Assembly (NCBI GenBank): GCA_963777315.1
Contig: CAVZQC010000001.1
Span: 160,001-224,000 of the forward strand
Length of the DNA stretch: 64,000 nt
Source of the DNA: Vulcanimicrobiota bacterium
GTDB lineage: Bacteria > Vulcanimicrobiota > Vulcanimicrobiia > Vulcanimicrobiales > Vulcanimicrobiaceae
Direction of reading: 5' to 3'
Shown here: positions 36,666-46,883 of the stretch, in pieces
Layout: every line of letters starts with the position of its first letter
Position numbering within the stretch: the first letter of the stretch is position 1
Translations under genes and position numbers: made by a program
Notes under the pieces: model-generated
Seen by the model: only the letters and a program-made list of their open reading frames with translations
What the model was told of the DNA's origin: nothing
The model's database searches: none

Positions 36666-37736
36666 TTAGTGCGGTTTGCCGGGCCGGCGCGTCGGCCGCT
36701 CCATCGGCGAAGCGGTCGGCGACGGCGTCGCGGAGGACCCCGGTAACGGCGTCGCAGCCGGTGTTGGCACTAGGCGCGGGGATGGTGTCGGCCCGGGCGA
36801 GGGCGTCGGGCCGGGCAAGGGCGTGGGACCCGGCGACGGCGTCGGACCCGCGGAGGGCGCCGGAGCGGGCGAAGCGCTCGAACCGGGGACTGGCGAACCC
36901 GTCGCAGCCGGCGCGGGCGAGCCCGTTGCAGCCGGCACCGGGGCGAGCGAACCCGTCGGCAGGGGCGTCGGCGTGGGTACCGGGGCCGGAGACGGCGTGG
37001 GCGTAAGGCACGGAACGGGCAGAATCTCGACCTTGGGGCCGCCGGGCGCGGTCGTCGGCGTAGGCGTAGGCGTTGGGGTGGGGGTTGGCGTGGGTGTCGG
37101 ACTGGGCGACGGCGTCGCGCGGCCGCCCGGCGACGGCGAACCCGAAGGCGCCGCAGTCGGCAGGTCGGCACACGCGACCGGCGTGGCGAAATAGTGCTCG
37201 GTAAAACCGACGGCCAGATCTTTCTTGAGCGCTTTGCCGAAGAAACTGTTCGGCCACTTTTCGATCACGATGTGCGCGTACCGCCATGCCTTGTCTTGGT
37301 ATTGCTGTATCCACACCTTGCGGTACATTTGGAACGCCAAAAAATACGAACGCGCCAACTGCGGATCGTTGGGATACTTGCGCGCCCATGCTCCAAGCGC
37401 CTCGTCGGCGAATTCGGCGTGACCGATGATGCCCGGATCGGTAGTGTACGCGCCCGAGCGAATCAGCTCGTCGTGAAACGTGTTGTTGATGCCCAAATAG
37501 CTCATCTTGAGCCGGCCGAAATATTCGTCGCCGGGAGCCGACGCGTGCAGCATGTCCTCAATGTGCTGCTGCCACTTGGACAATTTCGGCGGCGCATCTT
37601 TTTTGCGCGAGGCGGGCGTTGCCCGCGTTTTCGGCGCAGGCTTGCCGGCCGGACCGGGGGCTGCGGCGACGGAGCCGATGATGCTAAGCCCAATTGCTGC
37701 AGCAGATGCGGACACGAACGCGCGTTTCAAATACAA
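36666..37736 (-). CDS. secreted hypothetical protein with Pro/Thr/Ser-rich tail
   Basis: Signal peptide, helical core (APGDEYFGRLKMSYLGINN), PT/PS low-complexity repeats; GAGG RBS. Confidence 0.75.
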   Translation of the reverse strand: MYLKRAFVSASAAAIGLSIIGSVAAAPGPAGKPAPKTRATPASRKKDAPPKLSKWQQHIEDMLHASAPGDEYFGRLKMSYLGINNTFHDELIRSGAYTTDPGIIGHAEFADEALGAWARKYPNDPQLARSYFLAFQMYRKVWIQQYQDKAWRYAHIVIEKWPNSFFGKALKKDLAVGFTEHYFATPVACADLPTAAPSGSPSPGGRATPSPSPTPTPTPTPTPTPTPTTAPGGPKVEILPVPCLTPTPSPAPVPTPTPLPTGSLAPVPAATGSPAPAATGSPVPGSSASPAPAPSAGPTPSPGPTPLPGPTPSPGPTPSPRLVPTPAATPLPGSSATPSPTASPMERPTRRPGKPH

Positions 37737-37819
37737 CCTCCGATGAAGCGTCCGGTTCGTCGAAGAACGTTACGAATGCCTGCAAGGAGCGCGCCTGCCC
37801 GAACGAACACCTTCATCGG

Positions 37820-39073
37820 ATGCCCCGGACGATTAGGGCCGCTGCAGTCCAGCTGCGTGCGCACGATCGCGGATCGTTTGAAAAGGTATGGCCATCGATC
37901 GCGGTGCGAGTACGGGAAGCGGCCGGTACGGGGGCGCAGCTCGTCGTCTTGCCCGAGGGCACGCTTCCGGCGTACGTGCTCGGACACGAGCGATTCGAGC
38001 AGGCGCAAATCGAGCCCGCGCTCGCGCACTGCCGGGAAATCGCGCGCGCACACAGCTCCGTTATCGTCATCGGCGCTGCGCGGCGTCAAGGCGAACGCGT
38101 CTTCAACACCGCGCTGATCGTCGATTCCGATGGATCGATCGCGGGAACTGCCGACAAGCAATTTCTTTGGCACTTCGACCGTCAATGGTTTTCGCCCGGA
38201 GAACGCTTGGAGCCGGTACAGACGTCTTTGGGCGCAATCGGCGCCCTGGTTTGCGCCGACGGGCGCATTCCCACGATTGCCGGCGCGCTCGCGGACAAGG
38301 GAGCGGATGTGCTGGTGATGCCGACCGCCTGGGTGACGAGCGGACGGGATCCGCACGACCTCGAAAACGTGCAGGCAGACCTGCTCGCGCGGGTTCGTGC
38401 GCGCGAAAACGGCGTGCCGTTCGTTGCGGCCAACAAATGCGGGGTCGAACTGGGCTGCGTCGCATACTGCGGCAAAAGTCAAATCGTGCGGCGCGACGGA
38501 ACGGCTGCCGCTTGCGCATCGCAGGATCGCCCGGAAACGATCGTTGCAGAGATCGAAATCGGAGCGCCGGCTAATCGACGGACGAACGCAGCCGCCTTTG
38601 TCCCGGCTCCAATCGAAAGCCGTGCGGCGCGCATTGCGCTAACGCCGCGCACCGGCCTGCACGACTCCGACGAGCGAATGCGCATAGTGCAGGCCGATCT
38701 GCTGCTTGCGCCGGATCGCCCGCATGCAAACACGGCCGGCGACGAAACCGTGCTGGATCCGGCGGGGCTGGTGGCGGCGCGCCTTGCCGGCATGGATTTG
38801 GTGGTTTGGAGCACGTCCCACGATCCGCAGTGGCAGGTCACAATCGCGCGAGCGCGCGCGCTGGAGCTGAGAATGTATGTCGTCGTCATCGACGCGGCGC
38901 ACGATCGCGCGTATGCCGTCGATCCCGACGGCAGCGTGCTGTGCGGCACGTTCGGCGGTTACGACATGGCGAGCTTTGCGTACGATCCGGCACGCGCGCG
39001 GCAGACTATCGTCGCTCCGGAAACCGACGTGCGGGAAGGGTTGCAAAGCGCGCATCGTCATGCGGCGCGCTAG
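37820..39073 (+). CDS. carbon-nitrogen hydrolase (nitrilase superfamily)
   Basis: LPE, DK..L, VCAD Glu-Lys-Cys triad; extra C-terminal region. Confidence 0.85.
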   Translation: MPRTIRAAAVQLRAHDRGSFEKVWPSIAVRVREAAGTGAQLVVLPEGTLPAYVLGHERFEQAQIEPALAHCREIARAHSSVIVIGAARRQGERVFNTALIVDSDGSIAGTADKQFLWHFDRQWFSPGERLEPVQTSLGAIGALVCADGRIPTIAGALADKGADVLVMPTAWVTSGRDPHDLENVQADLLARVRARENGVPFVAANKCGVELGCVAYCGKSQIVRRDGTAAACASQDRPETIVAEIEIGAPANRRTNAAAFVPAPIESRAARIALTPRTGLHDSDERMRIVQADLLLAPDRPHANTAGDETVLDPAGLVAARLAGMDLVVWSTSHDPQWQVTIARARALELRMYVVVIDAAHDRAYAVDPDGSVLCGTFGGYDMASFAYDPARARQTIVAPETDVREGLQSAHRHAAR

Positions 39074-40295
39074 ATTTCTTGCCCGCTGCGCGGTCGCAGC
39101 GGCTCTGCTGGGAGCGCTCGGTACGGCGCCGCATCGCTCGATGCATGTGACCGGTTCGTTCAAACTTGCGATCGCATCGGGACCGTTCATTTCCGGAAGC
39201 CGGCTTGCAATCGATGCGGCCGGCATCAGCGGCCCGCTCGCGCTCGCATTGGTGGGACCCGGCGCGATCGACGGTTCCCAACTGATTCTCCCCACCGTCG
39301 ACCGAGCCGCCGACGTAACGCTCGTGGCGGCAGCGCGCGGTGCAACGGCGTACAGCACCGTTCGCGTCGTGCCGCCGCCTGCACCCGGTGCGCCGCTGCT
39401 GGCCGTGGCGACGTACGACGACGGAATCGCACTTCACGATCCCAAGACGTTCGCGCTGTTGGGTTACGCGGCTATCGGCGGACCGGTCGGAGACGTTGCA
39501 TTCTCACGCAGCGGCGAATTGCTCGCGCCAGATACCGACGGCGATACGCTGGCGAGAATCGTGCGCGCGCCGTGGAAAACCACGTCGGTGCCCGGCGTTG
39601 CTTTGGGAAACGAAGTCGCGGTCGATCCGGTCACCTCCGACACGTTCGTTACCGATCGCGCGGTCGGCAATACCGGTGCCCTCACGCGAATCGCCCCGGA
39701 CGGACGCGTGACGCGCGCGATCACCGGCGATACGTCGGAAGGCCTGGCGATCGACGCCGCACGCTCGACCGTCTATGTCGGCAACGTCAATGACGCCACC
39801 GTTACGCAAGTCGACTCCCGGTCCATGGCGGTCGTGCGCAGAATCCGCAGCGTCGAGCGCACGTTCGGCATCGCGCTCGACCCGAAACGCCGCCGGTTGT
39901 ACGTCGTTTCCAATCTGAGTCCGACGATGCGCGCTTCGGGCGGATATGCGGCGGCCATCGACCTTGCACGCCGAGGCGCGCCGATCGTTGCGCGCAGCGG
40001 CTCGATGGAATTTCCGCTCGGCGCGGCGTTGGACACGGCGCGAAACCGGTTATTCGTTACCGACGAAGGGGCCGATCGCGTCTATGTGCTCGATGCGGCC
40101 ACGCTGCGCGTGCGGCGCGCGCCGCTGCGAACGTGCCGCACGCCGTGGCGACCGCGCGTCGCAAAGGATCGGCTGTACGTCCCTTGCGCGCGCTCGAACG
40201 CAGTCGACGTTTTCGATCTTCGCACCCTGCACCGCGTTGCGCACGCCCCCTTTGCTACCGGAGGGTTCCCGCTGAGCGTTGCGCTATGGCCCTAG
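39060..40295 (+). CDS. exported YncE/YVTN-like beta-propeller protein
   Basis: Signal peptide; repeated G[LI]A.D....[LV]YV blades. Confidence 0.75.
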   Translation: MRRARFLARCAVAAALLGALGTAPHRSMHVTGSFKLAIASGPFISGSRLAIDAAGISGPLALALVGPGAIDGSQLILPTVDRAADVTLVAAARGATAYSTVRVVPPPAPGAPLLAVATYDDGIALHDPKTFALLGYAAIGGPVGDVAFSRSGELLAPDTDGDTLARIVRAPWKTTSVPGVALGNEVAVDPVTSDTFVTDRAVGNTGALTRIAPDGRVTRAITGDTSEGLAIDAARSTVYVGNVNDATVTQVDSRSMAVVRRIRSVERTFGIALDPKRRRLYVVSNLSPTMRASGGYAAAIDLARRGAPIVARSGSMEFPLGAALDTARNRLFVTDEGADRVYVLDAATLRVRRAPLRTCRTPWRPRVAKDRLYVPCARSNAVDVFDLRTLHRVAHAPFATGGFPLSVALWP

Positions 40296-42400
40296 CGGGT
40301 CTGATTTTGGCTCTTGCCGGCGTGCTTGCGATGTCGCCGCGGCCGGCGGCGCCTTTTCCCACGATCGTTACCGACGCAGCGACCGTCGTCGACGTCGCGC
40401 CCGGCATTGCGTACGGCGATTATGAAATGCGCACGAACGACGGCCCGCTATCGATTCACGTCGTCGCCGTGGACTTGCACGACCCCGCCGTCAGAATCGG
40501 AACGGCTCTCGCTCACGAGCGTTTGGTCTCGCAGGGCGAAACGCTGTCGTCGATGGCGCGGCGCACCGGCGCAGTGGCCGGCATAAACGGCGACTACTTC
40601 GACATCAATCAAACCAATCAGCCGTTAAACATTCTGGTGGAAAACTCGCAGCTGGTTCGCATGCCGATGCAGCGCTGGGCGATCGCGTTCGACAAGGACG
40701 ACAATCCGGCGTTTGCGCAATTCGACATCGCGCAAACCGCGCTGCTGCCGCAAGGAACGCTGCCGCTCAAGACAATGAACGACTGGCCTCCCCCGGGGGG
40801 CGGCGCTGTGCTCATCACCCCGCGGTACGGCCCGCTGCGTCCCGTGCCGAACGTTACCGAACTGGCACTGCAGCCTTCCGACGGCACGCCGCCGTTTGCA
40901 ACGTACCGCGTGAGCGCGATCGCGGACAACACGCTCCCGCAGCAAGCGGGTTACTATCTGGCTATCGGTCCGAACGCGTACGACGTCGTTCCGCTGCCGG
41001 CTTTGGGCGATCCGGTCACGATTTCGGGCACGTCGGTTCCTACGCTGAACGGAATCGCTTGGGCTATTGGCGGAGGACCGCTGCTGGTCAAAGACGGCGC
41101 ATGGTACGCCGATCCGTCAGGGCCGTCAAAAGGCGAATTCGCAACCCACATGCCGGCCAGCGCGGTCGGAGTTACTCGATCCGGAATGCTGCTGCTTTTC
41201 GAAATAGACGGACGCCAGCCGTCGCTTTCGATCGGCGTTCTCCAGCCGCAGCTCGCATCGCTGATGATCGCATTCGGCACGGTGACCGGCATGCAATTCG
41301 ACGGCGGCGGCAGTTCCACGCTGGTCGCTCGGATGCCGGGCGATGACGTTGCCCAAGTGCAGAATTCGCCCTCGGACGGCACGGAGCGGCGAATCGCCGA
41401 TGCGCTGCTCGTCTACAGCGACGCTCCCTACGGACCGCCCGCGCGAATCTCCTCAATGCCCCAAGGCGTTCGCGCGATGCCGCGAGCCCGCGTGCCGGTG
41501 CGCGTGGCGATAACGGACGCGGGCGGCCATCCGGCGCGCAACTGCTGCGCCGTTACGATGCAGGTCGTGCCCGGCGCCGCAGGCCGGATGGACGGCATGA
41601 CGTTCGTGGCGGGCGCCCATCCGGCAAACGCGCAGATTCGCGTGCACGCCGGCTCGCTGTACGCACGGATTCCGGTAAATGTGACCACCACGGCGGCCTT
41701 CGTCCAAATTCTTCCGCAGAATCCCACCTTGCCCGTCGGAGGAACGCTCAAGTTGCAGGCGCGCGCCTTCGACCCGCACGGTTATCCGATAGCTCTGCCC
41801 TCAACCTTGCCGTGGGCGACGAATTCGGGCCGCATCGACGCGGACGGCCTGCTGCACGCCGGCGATCGCAATGCCGCGGTGCAAGTCGCCCTTGGAGATG
41901 CGCAGGCGCGCGCGAACGTCATCGTGGGCGAACACGCCGTTGCTTTTCCGCTGCAGCGCTATGCCGCGTTTGCGACCGCACCCGGCGGCCGACCCGGCGG
42001 CATCGATGCAGGCGCGCCGTGTCCGGCGTGCACGACGCTGCGCTACGATTTCACCGGCGACGAGCGCGCGGCGTACGCCCGAGCTTCGATCCCGCTGCCG
42101 CAGCGCGCTCTGGGAATCGACGCCGACGTCTACGGCGACGGCAACGGAGAAATTTTGCGAATCGCGGTCGACAACGCGATCCACGAACGCTTTCTGTATA
42201 CCGTCGCTACGATCGACTGGCGCGGGCGGCGCCACGTCGAGTTTCGTTTTCCGTCCGCACTTCCACAGCCGATCACCTTCAAAGCCCTCTACGTCATCAA
42301 TCGTGTAGGCCCGTCGCGGCCGGTGCACGCAGCGGGCTCGGTTGCGTTTGCTCACGTTCGAATACTGCTGGCAGGCAGGCTCGACGACGCTCCCAAATAG
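40286..42400 (+). CDS. phosphodiester glycosidase (NAGPA family) exported protein with Ig-like domains
   Basis: AGINGDYF, GGGPLLV, IDGRQ, FDGGGSS, NSPSDG.ER motifs. Confidence 0.85.
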   Translation: MALAGLILALAGVLAMSPRPAAPFPTIVTDAATVVDVAPGIAYGDYEMRTNDGPLSIHVVAVDLHDPAVRIGTALAHERLVSQGETLSSMARRTGAVAGINGDYFDINQTNQPLNILVENSQLVRMPMQRWAIAFDKDDNPAFAQFDIAQTALLPQGTLPLKTMNDWPPPGGGAVLITPRYGPLRPVPNVTELALQPSDGTPPFATYRVSAIADNTLPQQAGYYLAIGPNAYDVVPLPALGDPVTISGTSVPTLNGIAWAIGGGPLLVKDGAWYADPSGPSKGEFATHMPASAVGVTRSGMLLLFEIDGRQPSLSIGVLQPQLASLMIAFGTVTGMQFDGGGSSTLVARMPGDDVAQVQNSPSDGTERRIADALLVYSDAPYGPPARISSMPQGVRAMPRARVPVRVAITDAGGHPARNCCAVTMQVVPGAAGRMDGMTFVAGAHPANAQIRVHAGSLYARIPVNVTTTAAFVQILPQNPTLPVGGTLKLQARAFDPHGYPIALPSTLPWATNSGRIDADGLLHAGDRNAAVQVALGDAQARANVIVGEHAVAFPLQRYAAFATAPGGRPGGIDAGAPCPACTTLRYDFTGDERAAYARASIPLPQRALGIDADVYGDGNGEILRIAVDNAIHERFLYTVATIDWRGRRHVEFRFPSALPQPITFKALYVINRVGPSRPVHAAGSVAFAHVRILLAGRLDDAPK

Positions 42401-42407
42401 CGCTGCG

Positions 42408-43859
42408 ATGAACTTCGACGCCTCAGCCGCACGCGCGCTCGATACGGCCACGCAGCGCGGCGCGCACTACGCCGACATCCGTTTCGAAAACGATCGCACC
42501 CAGCGCATCGAGGTTCGCAACGGCGTCGTCGCGGCGCTCTCGGACTCGACCAGCAGCGGGTACGGCATTCGAGCGCTCGTCGACGGCGCCTGGGGATTCG
42601 CCGCGAGTTCGGATTGCACCGACGCCGGCATCGACCGCACCGCAGCCCTTGCCGTGCAGATCGCACGGGCCGGCGCAAGCGTTTCTCGCGGGCCTTTCGG
42701 CCAAGCCCCTTCGCAAGCGTATCGGGACGCGTTTCGAACGCCGATCGTCGACGATCCGCATGACGTTCCGCTCGGCAAACGCGTCGCGCTCTTGCTGGAT
42801 GCCGAAAAAGCGTTGCACGTATCTCCCAGCATCAGCGCCGGACGTGCGTGGATAGATCTGTGGACTACGGACAAATGCTTTTACAGCACCATCGGCTCTC
42901 GAATCGAGCAATCCTTGATGCAAACCGGCAGCGCAATCGAAGCGATGGCCGTCGGAGACGGCGACGTGCAAATCCGTACGTTCCCCGGCGACATCGGCTT
43001 GTACGCTTGCGGCGGCTGGGAAGTGGTCGAACGGGCGCAGCTGCAAGAAAACGCGCAGCGCATCGCAGAACAGGCTCACGCGCTGCTGACTGCGCCGCAG
43101 TGCCCGAGCGGAACGTTCGACATCGTCTTAGGCGGTTCGCAGGTTTCGCTGCAAATTCACGAGTCGTGCGGCCATCCCGCCGAACTCGATCGCGTCATGG
43201 GATGGGAAGCGAACTTTTCGGGCGTGAGTTTTTTGGACGTCGCTCAATTGGATCGGCTCAAATACGGTTCCGATCTCGTGACGATCGTGATCGACAACAC
43301 GCTGCCGCAAGGTCTAGCCACCGTCGGCTACGACGACGAAGGCAGCAAGAGCGTCGTCTCGGACGTGATTCGCAACGGCGTCCTGGTCGGCTACGAGACG
43401 AGCAACGACACCGCCCGCAGCATCGGACGGTCCAGCAACGCTTGCGTGCGCGCGCAGGACTGGCAATCGATTCCGATGATCCGCATGTGCAACTTGAACC
43501 TGCTGCCGGGAACGACGCCCTTCGAACATCTTTTCGACGACGTCGACGACGGCATCTACATGGAGAGCAACCGTTCGTGGTCCATCGACGACCACCGGCT
43601 AAACTTCCAGTTCGGCTGCGAAATCGCTTGGGAGATCAAACGGGGAAAGCGCGGCAGAATGCTCAAGAACCCGACGTACGCGGGCATCACCCCGCAGTTT
43701 TGGAATTCGTGTGATGCCGTCGGCGACGAACGATCCTGGACGGCATGGGGTACGCCCAACTGCGGCAAGGGCGAGCCGATGCAGACCGGCCGAACTGCTC
43801 AGTGCGCAGCGCCGGCCCGCTTTCGCGGCATTCGAGTGGGCGTTGCCTACGATGGATAG
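42408..43859 (+). CDS. tldD: TldD family metalloprotease
   Basis: HESCGH HExxxH, YDDEG, RMCN, CGKG. Confidence 0.9.
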   Translation: MNFDASAARALDTATQRGAHYADIRFENDRTQRIEVRNGVVAALSDSTSSGYGIRALVDGAWGFAASSDCTDAGIDRTAALAVQIARAGASVSRGPFGQAPSQAYRDAFRTPIVDDPHDVPLGKRVALLLDAEKALHVSPSISAGRAWIDLWTTDKCFYSTIGSRIEQSLMQTGSAIEAMAVGDGDVQIRTFPGDIGLYACGGWEVVERAQLQENAQRIAEQAHALLTAPQCPSGTFDIVLGGSQVSLQIHESCGHPAELDRVMGWEANFSGVSFLDVAQLDRLKYGSDLVTIVIDNTLPQGLATVGYDDEGSKSVVSDVIRNGVLVGYETSNDTARSIGRSSNACVRAQDWQSIPMIRMCNLNLLPGTTPFEHLFDDVDDGIYMESNRSWSIDDHRLNFQFGCEIAWEIKRGKRGRMLKNPTYAGITPQFWNSCDAVGDERSWTAWGTPNCGKGEPMQTGRTAQCAAPARFRGIRVGVAYDG

Positions 43860-45183
43860 CGCGCCGCGCGAGCGGCTGGCGCAGCGCGTTTTGGCGCTTT
43901 CTCCGGTCGATCAAACCGAAGTCACCGTATACGGCCACAATAGCGGTCTTACGCGGTTCGCTCGCGGCATCGTTCCTCAAAACGTCGCAACCGAGGACGT
44001 GACGGTAAAGGTGCGCGCCGTCGCCGGCGGACGAACCGGCGTGGCTGCTTCGAACGCGCGCGACGATGCCGATGTAGGCGAGGTCGTGCAGCGCGCGGTT
44101 GCGATGGCACGGCTAGCGCCCGTCGATCCCAATCAGCCGCAATTGCCCGCGGGCGCTCCGACGCAAACGCCCGCGAGAGCATACGCCGCTTCGACCGCGC
44201 AGGCGACGCCTGCGCTACGCGCGGAGTTGTGCGATGCGATCCTGGGAACTGCCCAGGCTGCGGATTACTGGTGCGCCGGCTTTGCGAGCACGAGCTGCAG
44301 CGGCGTGACGATCGTCAACTCGAGCGGCGCGGCTGCATCGTTCGACGGCACCGACGCGGCGGTCAACGTCAAGATGAGCGCCGCCGATTCGACCGGTTAC
44401 GCGGAGCACTACAGCAACGACGTAGATGACGTCGATGCAAAAAGTGCGGGCGAGATTGCGGCGGCCAAAGCGCGTGGTTCGGCCAATCCGCGCGCCGTTC
44501 AGCCCGGCGAATGGACCGTCATTCTCGAACCGGCGGCCTTCGGCGAGCTGCTCGCGTATCTGACCGATCATTTTTCGGCGCGAACCTTCGACGAAGGCTC
44601 CTCGTTCTTGAGCGATGGACTCGACCGCCGGTACTTCGGCGAAAACGTCACGATAACGGACGACTACGCGCATCCGCTGCTGCAGGGCATGCCGTTCGAC
44701 TATGAAGGCCAGCCCACGCAGCGCTTACCGCTGATTCGCGGCGGCGTAGCGGTCAACGTGGTCACCGACAGCTACTGGGCGCACAAATTGGGGCGCCCCA
44801 ACACGGGCCACGCACTGCCCTCCCCCAACGCGCGCGGTCCCGCGCCCTTGCACGTAGCCGTTTCGCCCGGAACCAAATCGATCGACGAACTCATCGGCCA
44901 AACCGCCCGCGGTCTACTGATAACGCGCTTTTGGTACATCCGCCCGGTCGATCGAAAACGGGTCATCGTCACCGGCATGACGCGCGACGGCACCTTTTCG
45001 ATCGAGAACGGCGAGATCAGCGGGGGCGTGCGCAATATGCGTTTCAACCAGAGCATCCTTGAAACGCTGCGCCGCTGCGAACTGAGCAATACGCTCAAAC
45101 GAACCGGCAGCTACGCCTATTCGCTGGCCGTTCCCGCCGCCAAGGTCGAGGGCTTCAGGTTTTCGAGCGGTACGGAATTCTGA
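43852..45183 (+). CDS. TldE/PmbA family partner subunit
   Basis: LTRFA, PGEWTVILEP, FDYEG, TGMTRDG, NMRF; no HExxH; coupled to tldD. Confidence 0.88.
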   Translation: MDSAPRERLAQRVLALSPVDQTEVTVYGHNSGLTRFARGIVPQNVATEDVTVKVRAVAGGRTGVAASNARDDADVGEVVQRAVAMARLAPVDPNQPQLPAGAPTQTPARAYAASTAQATPALRAELCDAILGTAQAADYWCAGFASTSCSGVTIVNSSGAAASFDGTDAAVNVKMSAADSTGYAEHYSNDVDDVDAKSAGEIAAAKARGSANPRAVQPGEWTVILEPAAFGELLAYLTDHFSARTFDEGSSFLSDGLDRRYFGENVTITDDYAHPLLQGMPFDYEGQPTQRLPLIRGGVAVNVVTDSYWAHKLGRPNTGHALPSPNARGPAPLHVAVSPGTKSIDELIGQTARGLLITRFWYIRPVDRKRVIVTGMTRDGTFSIENGEISGGVRNMRFNQSILETLRRCELSNTLKRTGSYAYSLAVPAAKVEGFRFSSGTEF

Positions 45184-46039
45184 CCAGAGCACCGGCCGCA
45201 AGCGCAAGCAGACCGGCCGCGAACACCGGCAAATACGGAGCCGATGCAACGACCACGGCGGGATAGGTGCCCACCGTTCCGCGCAGCAGCAGATCGCCGA
45301 TCCGTTTTTGCTGCCCGGAAGCGGCAAGCGCAATGCCTCCGCGCACGATGCGATCGTTCGCATCGGAAACCGCAAACAGCACCGCGGGCTTGCCGACGAT
45401 CGGCGGATCGGCGCGCAGCTGCTCGGCCTGTTGCGAACTGAAGAGGACGGCCTTGACGCTGCGCCCGCTCGCCGGCACGGAAAAAGTGTCGAAGCGCACG
45501 TCCATGCCCGCGATCGTCGTCGATTGCTGCATCAGCAGCACCGGCGAAAGAAACGACGCGTTCGTGGGCTGCGTTACGGTGAGATGGTTGCCGGCCGAGT
45601 CCGCTGCGTCGACGTACACGACCTTGCGCGGGACGCGCCACAGCACGAAACTGCCCGTATAGCGCCTGCCGCCTGCAATCGACACCGCGCCGCGTCCACT
45701 CTGCAGTTCGATCGGCGCGTTCGATTGCGCGAGAGGAAACACCAGTGAGCCGTTGACGTCGTCGTTGTGAACGCGCGCGCCCGGAGCGCCGACGACCGTC
45801 TGCGTGTCCGGCCCCATCAAACCGCTCGCAACGCCGGCAAACACTACCGCGGCGCAGCCGAATGCCGCTACGATCGACGCGCTCGTGGCGCGTTTGCGAA
45901 CACCGGCGACTGCGACGACGAAGAGACCGGCGTCGATCGCGTTGTACCATCCGTAATGGTACACCGCTTGACCGGGATACACGACTTGCGCTGCCACCAT
46001 CGCGACGGCGCATCCCGCGAACAGCCAAAAACCGGTCAC
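45155..46039 (-). CDS. membrane protein, possibly degenerate ResB/Ccs1-like
   Basis: N-terminal TMs with VYHYGWY, large soluble loop, C-terminal TM; coupled to a ResA-like gene. Confidence 0.5.
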   Translation of the reverse strand: MTGFWLFAGCAVAMVAAQVVYPGQAVYHYGWYNAIDAGLFVVAVAGVRKRATSASIVAAFGCAAVVFAGVASGLMGPDTQTVVGAPGARVHNDDVNGSLVFPLAQSNAPIELQSGRGAVSIAGGRRYTGSFVLWRVPRKVVYVDAADSAGNHLTVTQPTNASFLSPVLLMQQSTTIAGMDVRFDTFSVPASGRSVKAVLFSSQQAEQLRADPPIVGKPAVLFAVSDANDRIVRGGIALAASGQQKRIGDLLLRGTVGTYPAVVVASAPYLPVFAAGLLALAAGALVRIPYRSKT

Positions 46040-46572
46040 GTATGCTTGCCGAGCAACGGCGTTATTGCTTCGACCATTTGGTCGAAGGATATTTGACCGT
46101 CGAACCCGCGCGCCACGATGCCGGCCGGATCGACGACGATCGTCGTGGGCAGCCCGAGCGCAGTGTACACCCGCCCGTACTGCTGGCGTTCGTCGAGCAG
46201 AATCGGATAATGGATGCCCAACGCGCGCGCAAACGCCGATACCTGCTTTGCCGACTCCCCTTGATCGACGCCGAGCACGACGACGTTGCGCGATTGGTAC
46301 CGGCTATACAGCCGCTGCAGTTCCGGCATTTCCGCGCGGCACGGCGGGCACCACGACGCCCAAAGATTCATGACGACGATGCGTCCGCGATAGGCTTGCA
46401 GACCGGACGTACCGCCCGACAAAGAGGCGGTTTCAAAACTCGGCGCGGGGCGTCCCACCAATGCCGTCGGGCCGGTCGTCTGCGCGTTGCCGCCGCGAAA
46501 ATACACCCCTAGAACGATCGCCGCAATCGCCGCTCCGGCAAGCCAGTACATCCATTGCGCGCGCCCTTTCAC
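46036..46572 (-). CDS. TlpA/ResA family thiol-disulfide oxidoreductase
   Basis: N-terminal TM, NLWASWCPPCRAEMP, GLPTT. Confidence 0.92.
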   Translation of the reverse strand: MKGRAQWMYWLAGAAIAAIVLGVYFRGGNAQTTGPTALVGRPAPSFETASLSGGTSGLQAYRGRIVVMNLWASWCPPCRAEMPELQRLYSRYQSRNVVVLGVDQGESAKQVSAFARALGIHYPILLDERQQYGRVYTALGLPTTIVVDPAGIVARGFDGQISFDQMVEAITPLLGKHT

Positions 46573-46841
46573 CAGTCTCCCATTCGGTCCGGATCGACCT
46601 CGCCCTCGAACGCCACCATTCCCGGCGGCATGACGGCCGCGCTCACGCGCACGCCGTCAAAGCGCAGCAGGCGTCTGTGGCATTCGTCGGGTCGTTCGAA
46701 AATTTCGCAAAAGCGCTCGAGGGCGTCGGGACTGCACAGCACGTGATTGGGGCGCACTTGGTACATCTGCTGGAAGCTGCGGAACGCGCGCTCGAATTCG
46801 ATCGGACCGTAGTGCCGCCCCAGACTCACTTCACGACGCAC
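46569..46841 (-). CDS. hypothetical protein (about 90 aa)
   Basis: Stop overlaps the TlpA start (GTGA); fills the gap before folD; start uncertain. Confidence 0.55.
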   Translation of the reverse strand: MRREVSLGRHYGPIEFERAFRSFQQMYQVRPNHVLCSPDALERFCEIFERPDECHRRLLRFDGVRVSAAVMPPGMVAFEGEVDPDRMGDW

Positions 46842-46883
46842 GCGTTCCAGGGGACGCTCCTCTCGCAGACGAATGCGCGTGCC

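Noticed and set aside
36700..37150. Short tandem repeats resembling an array
   Set aside because: They encode Pro/Thr/Ser linkers of a protein; no constant repeat-spacer structure and no cas genes
42408..45183. TldD/TldE as the borosin maturation protease
   Set aside because: TldD/E process some RiPPs, but these lie about 20 kb away in an unrelated operon and are widespread housekeeping genes
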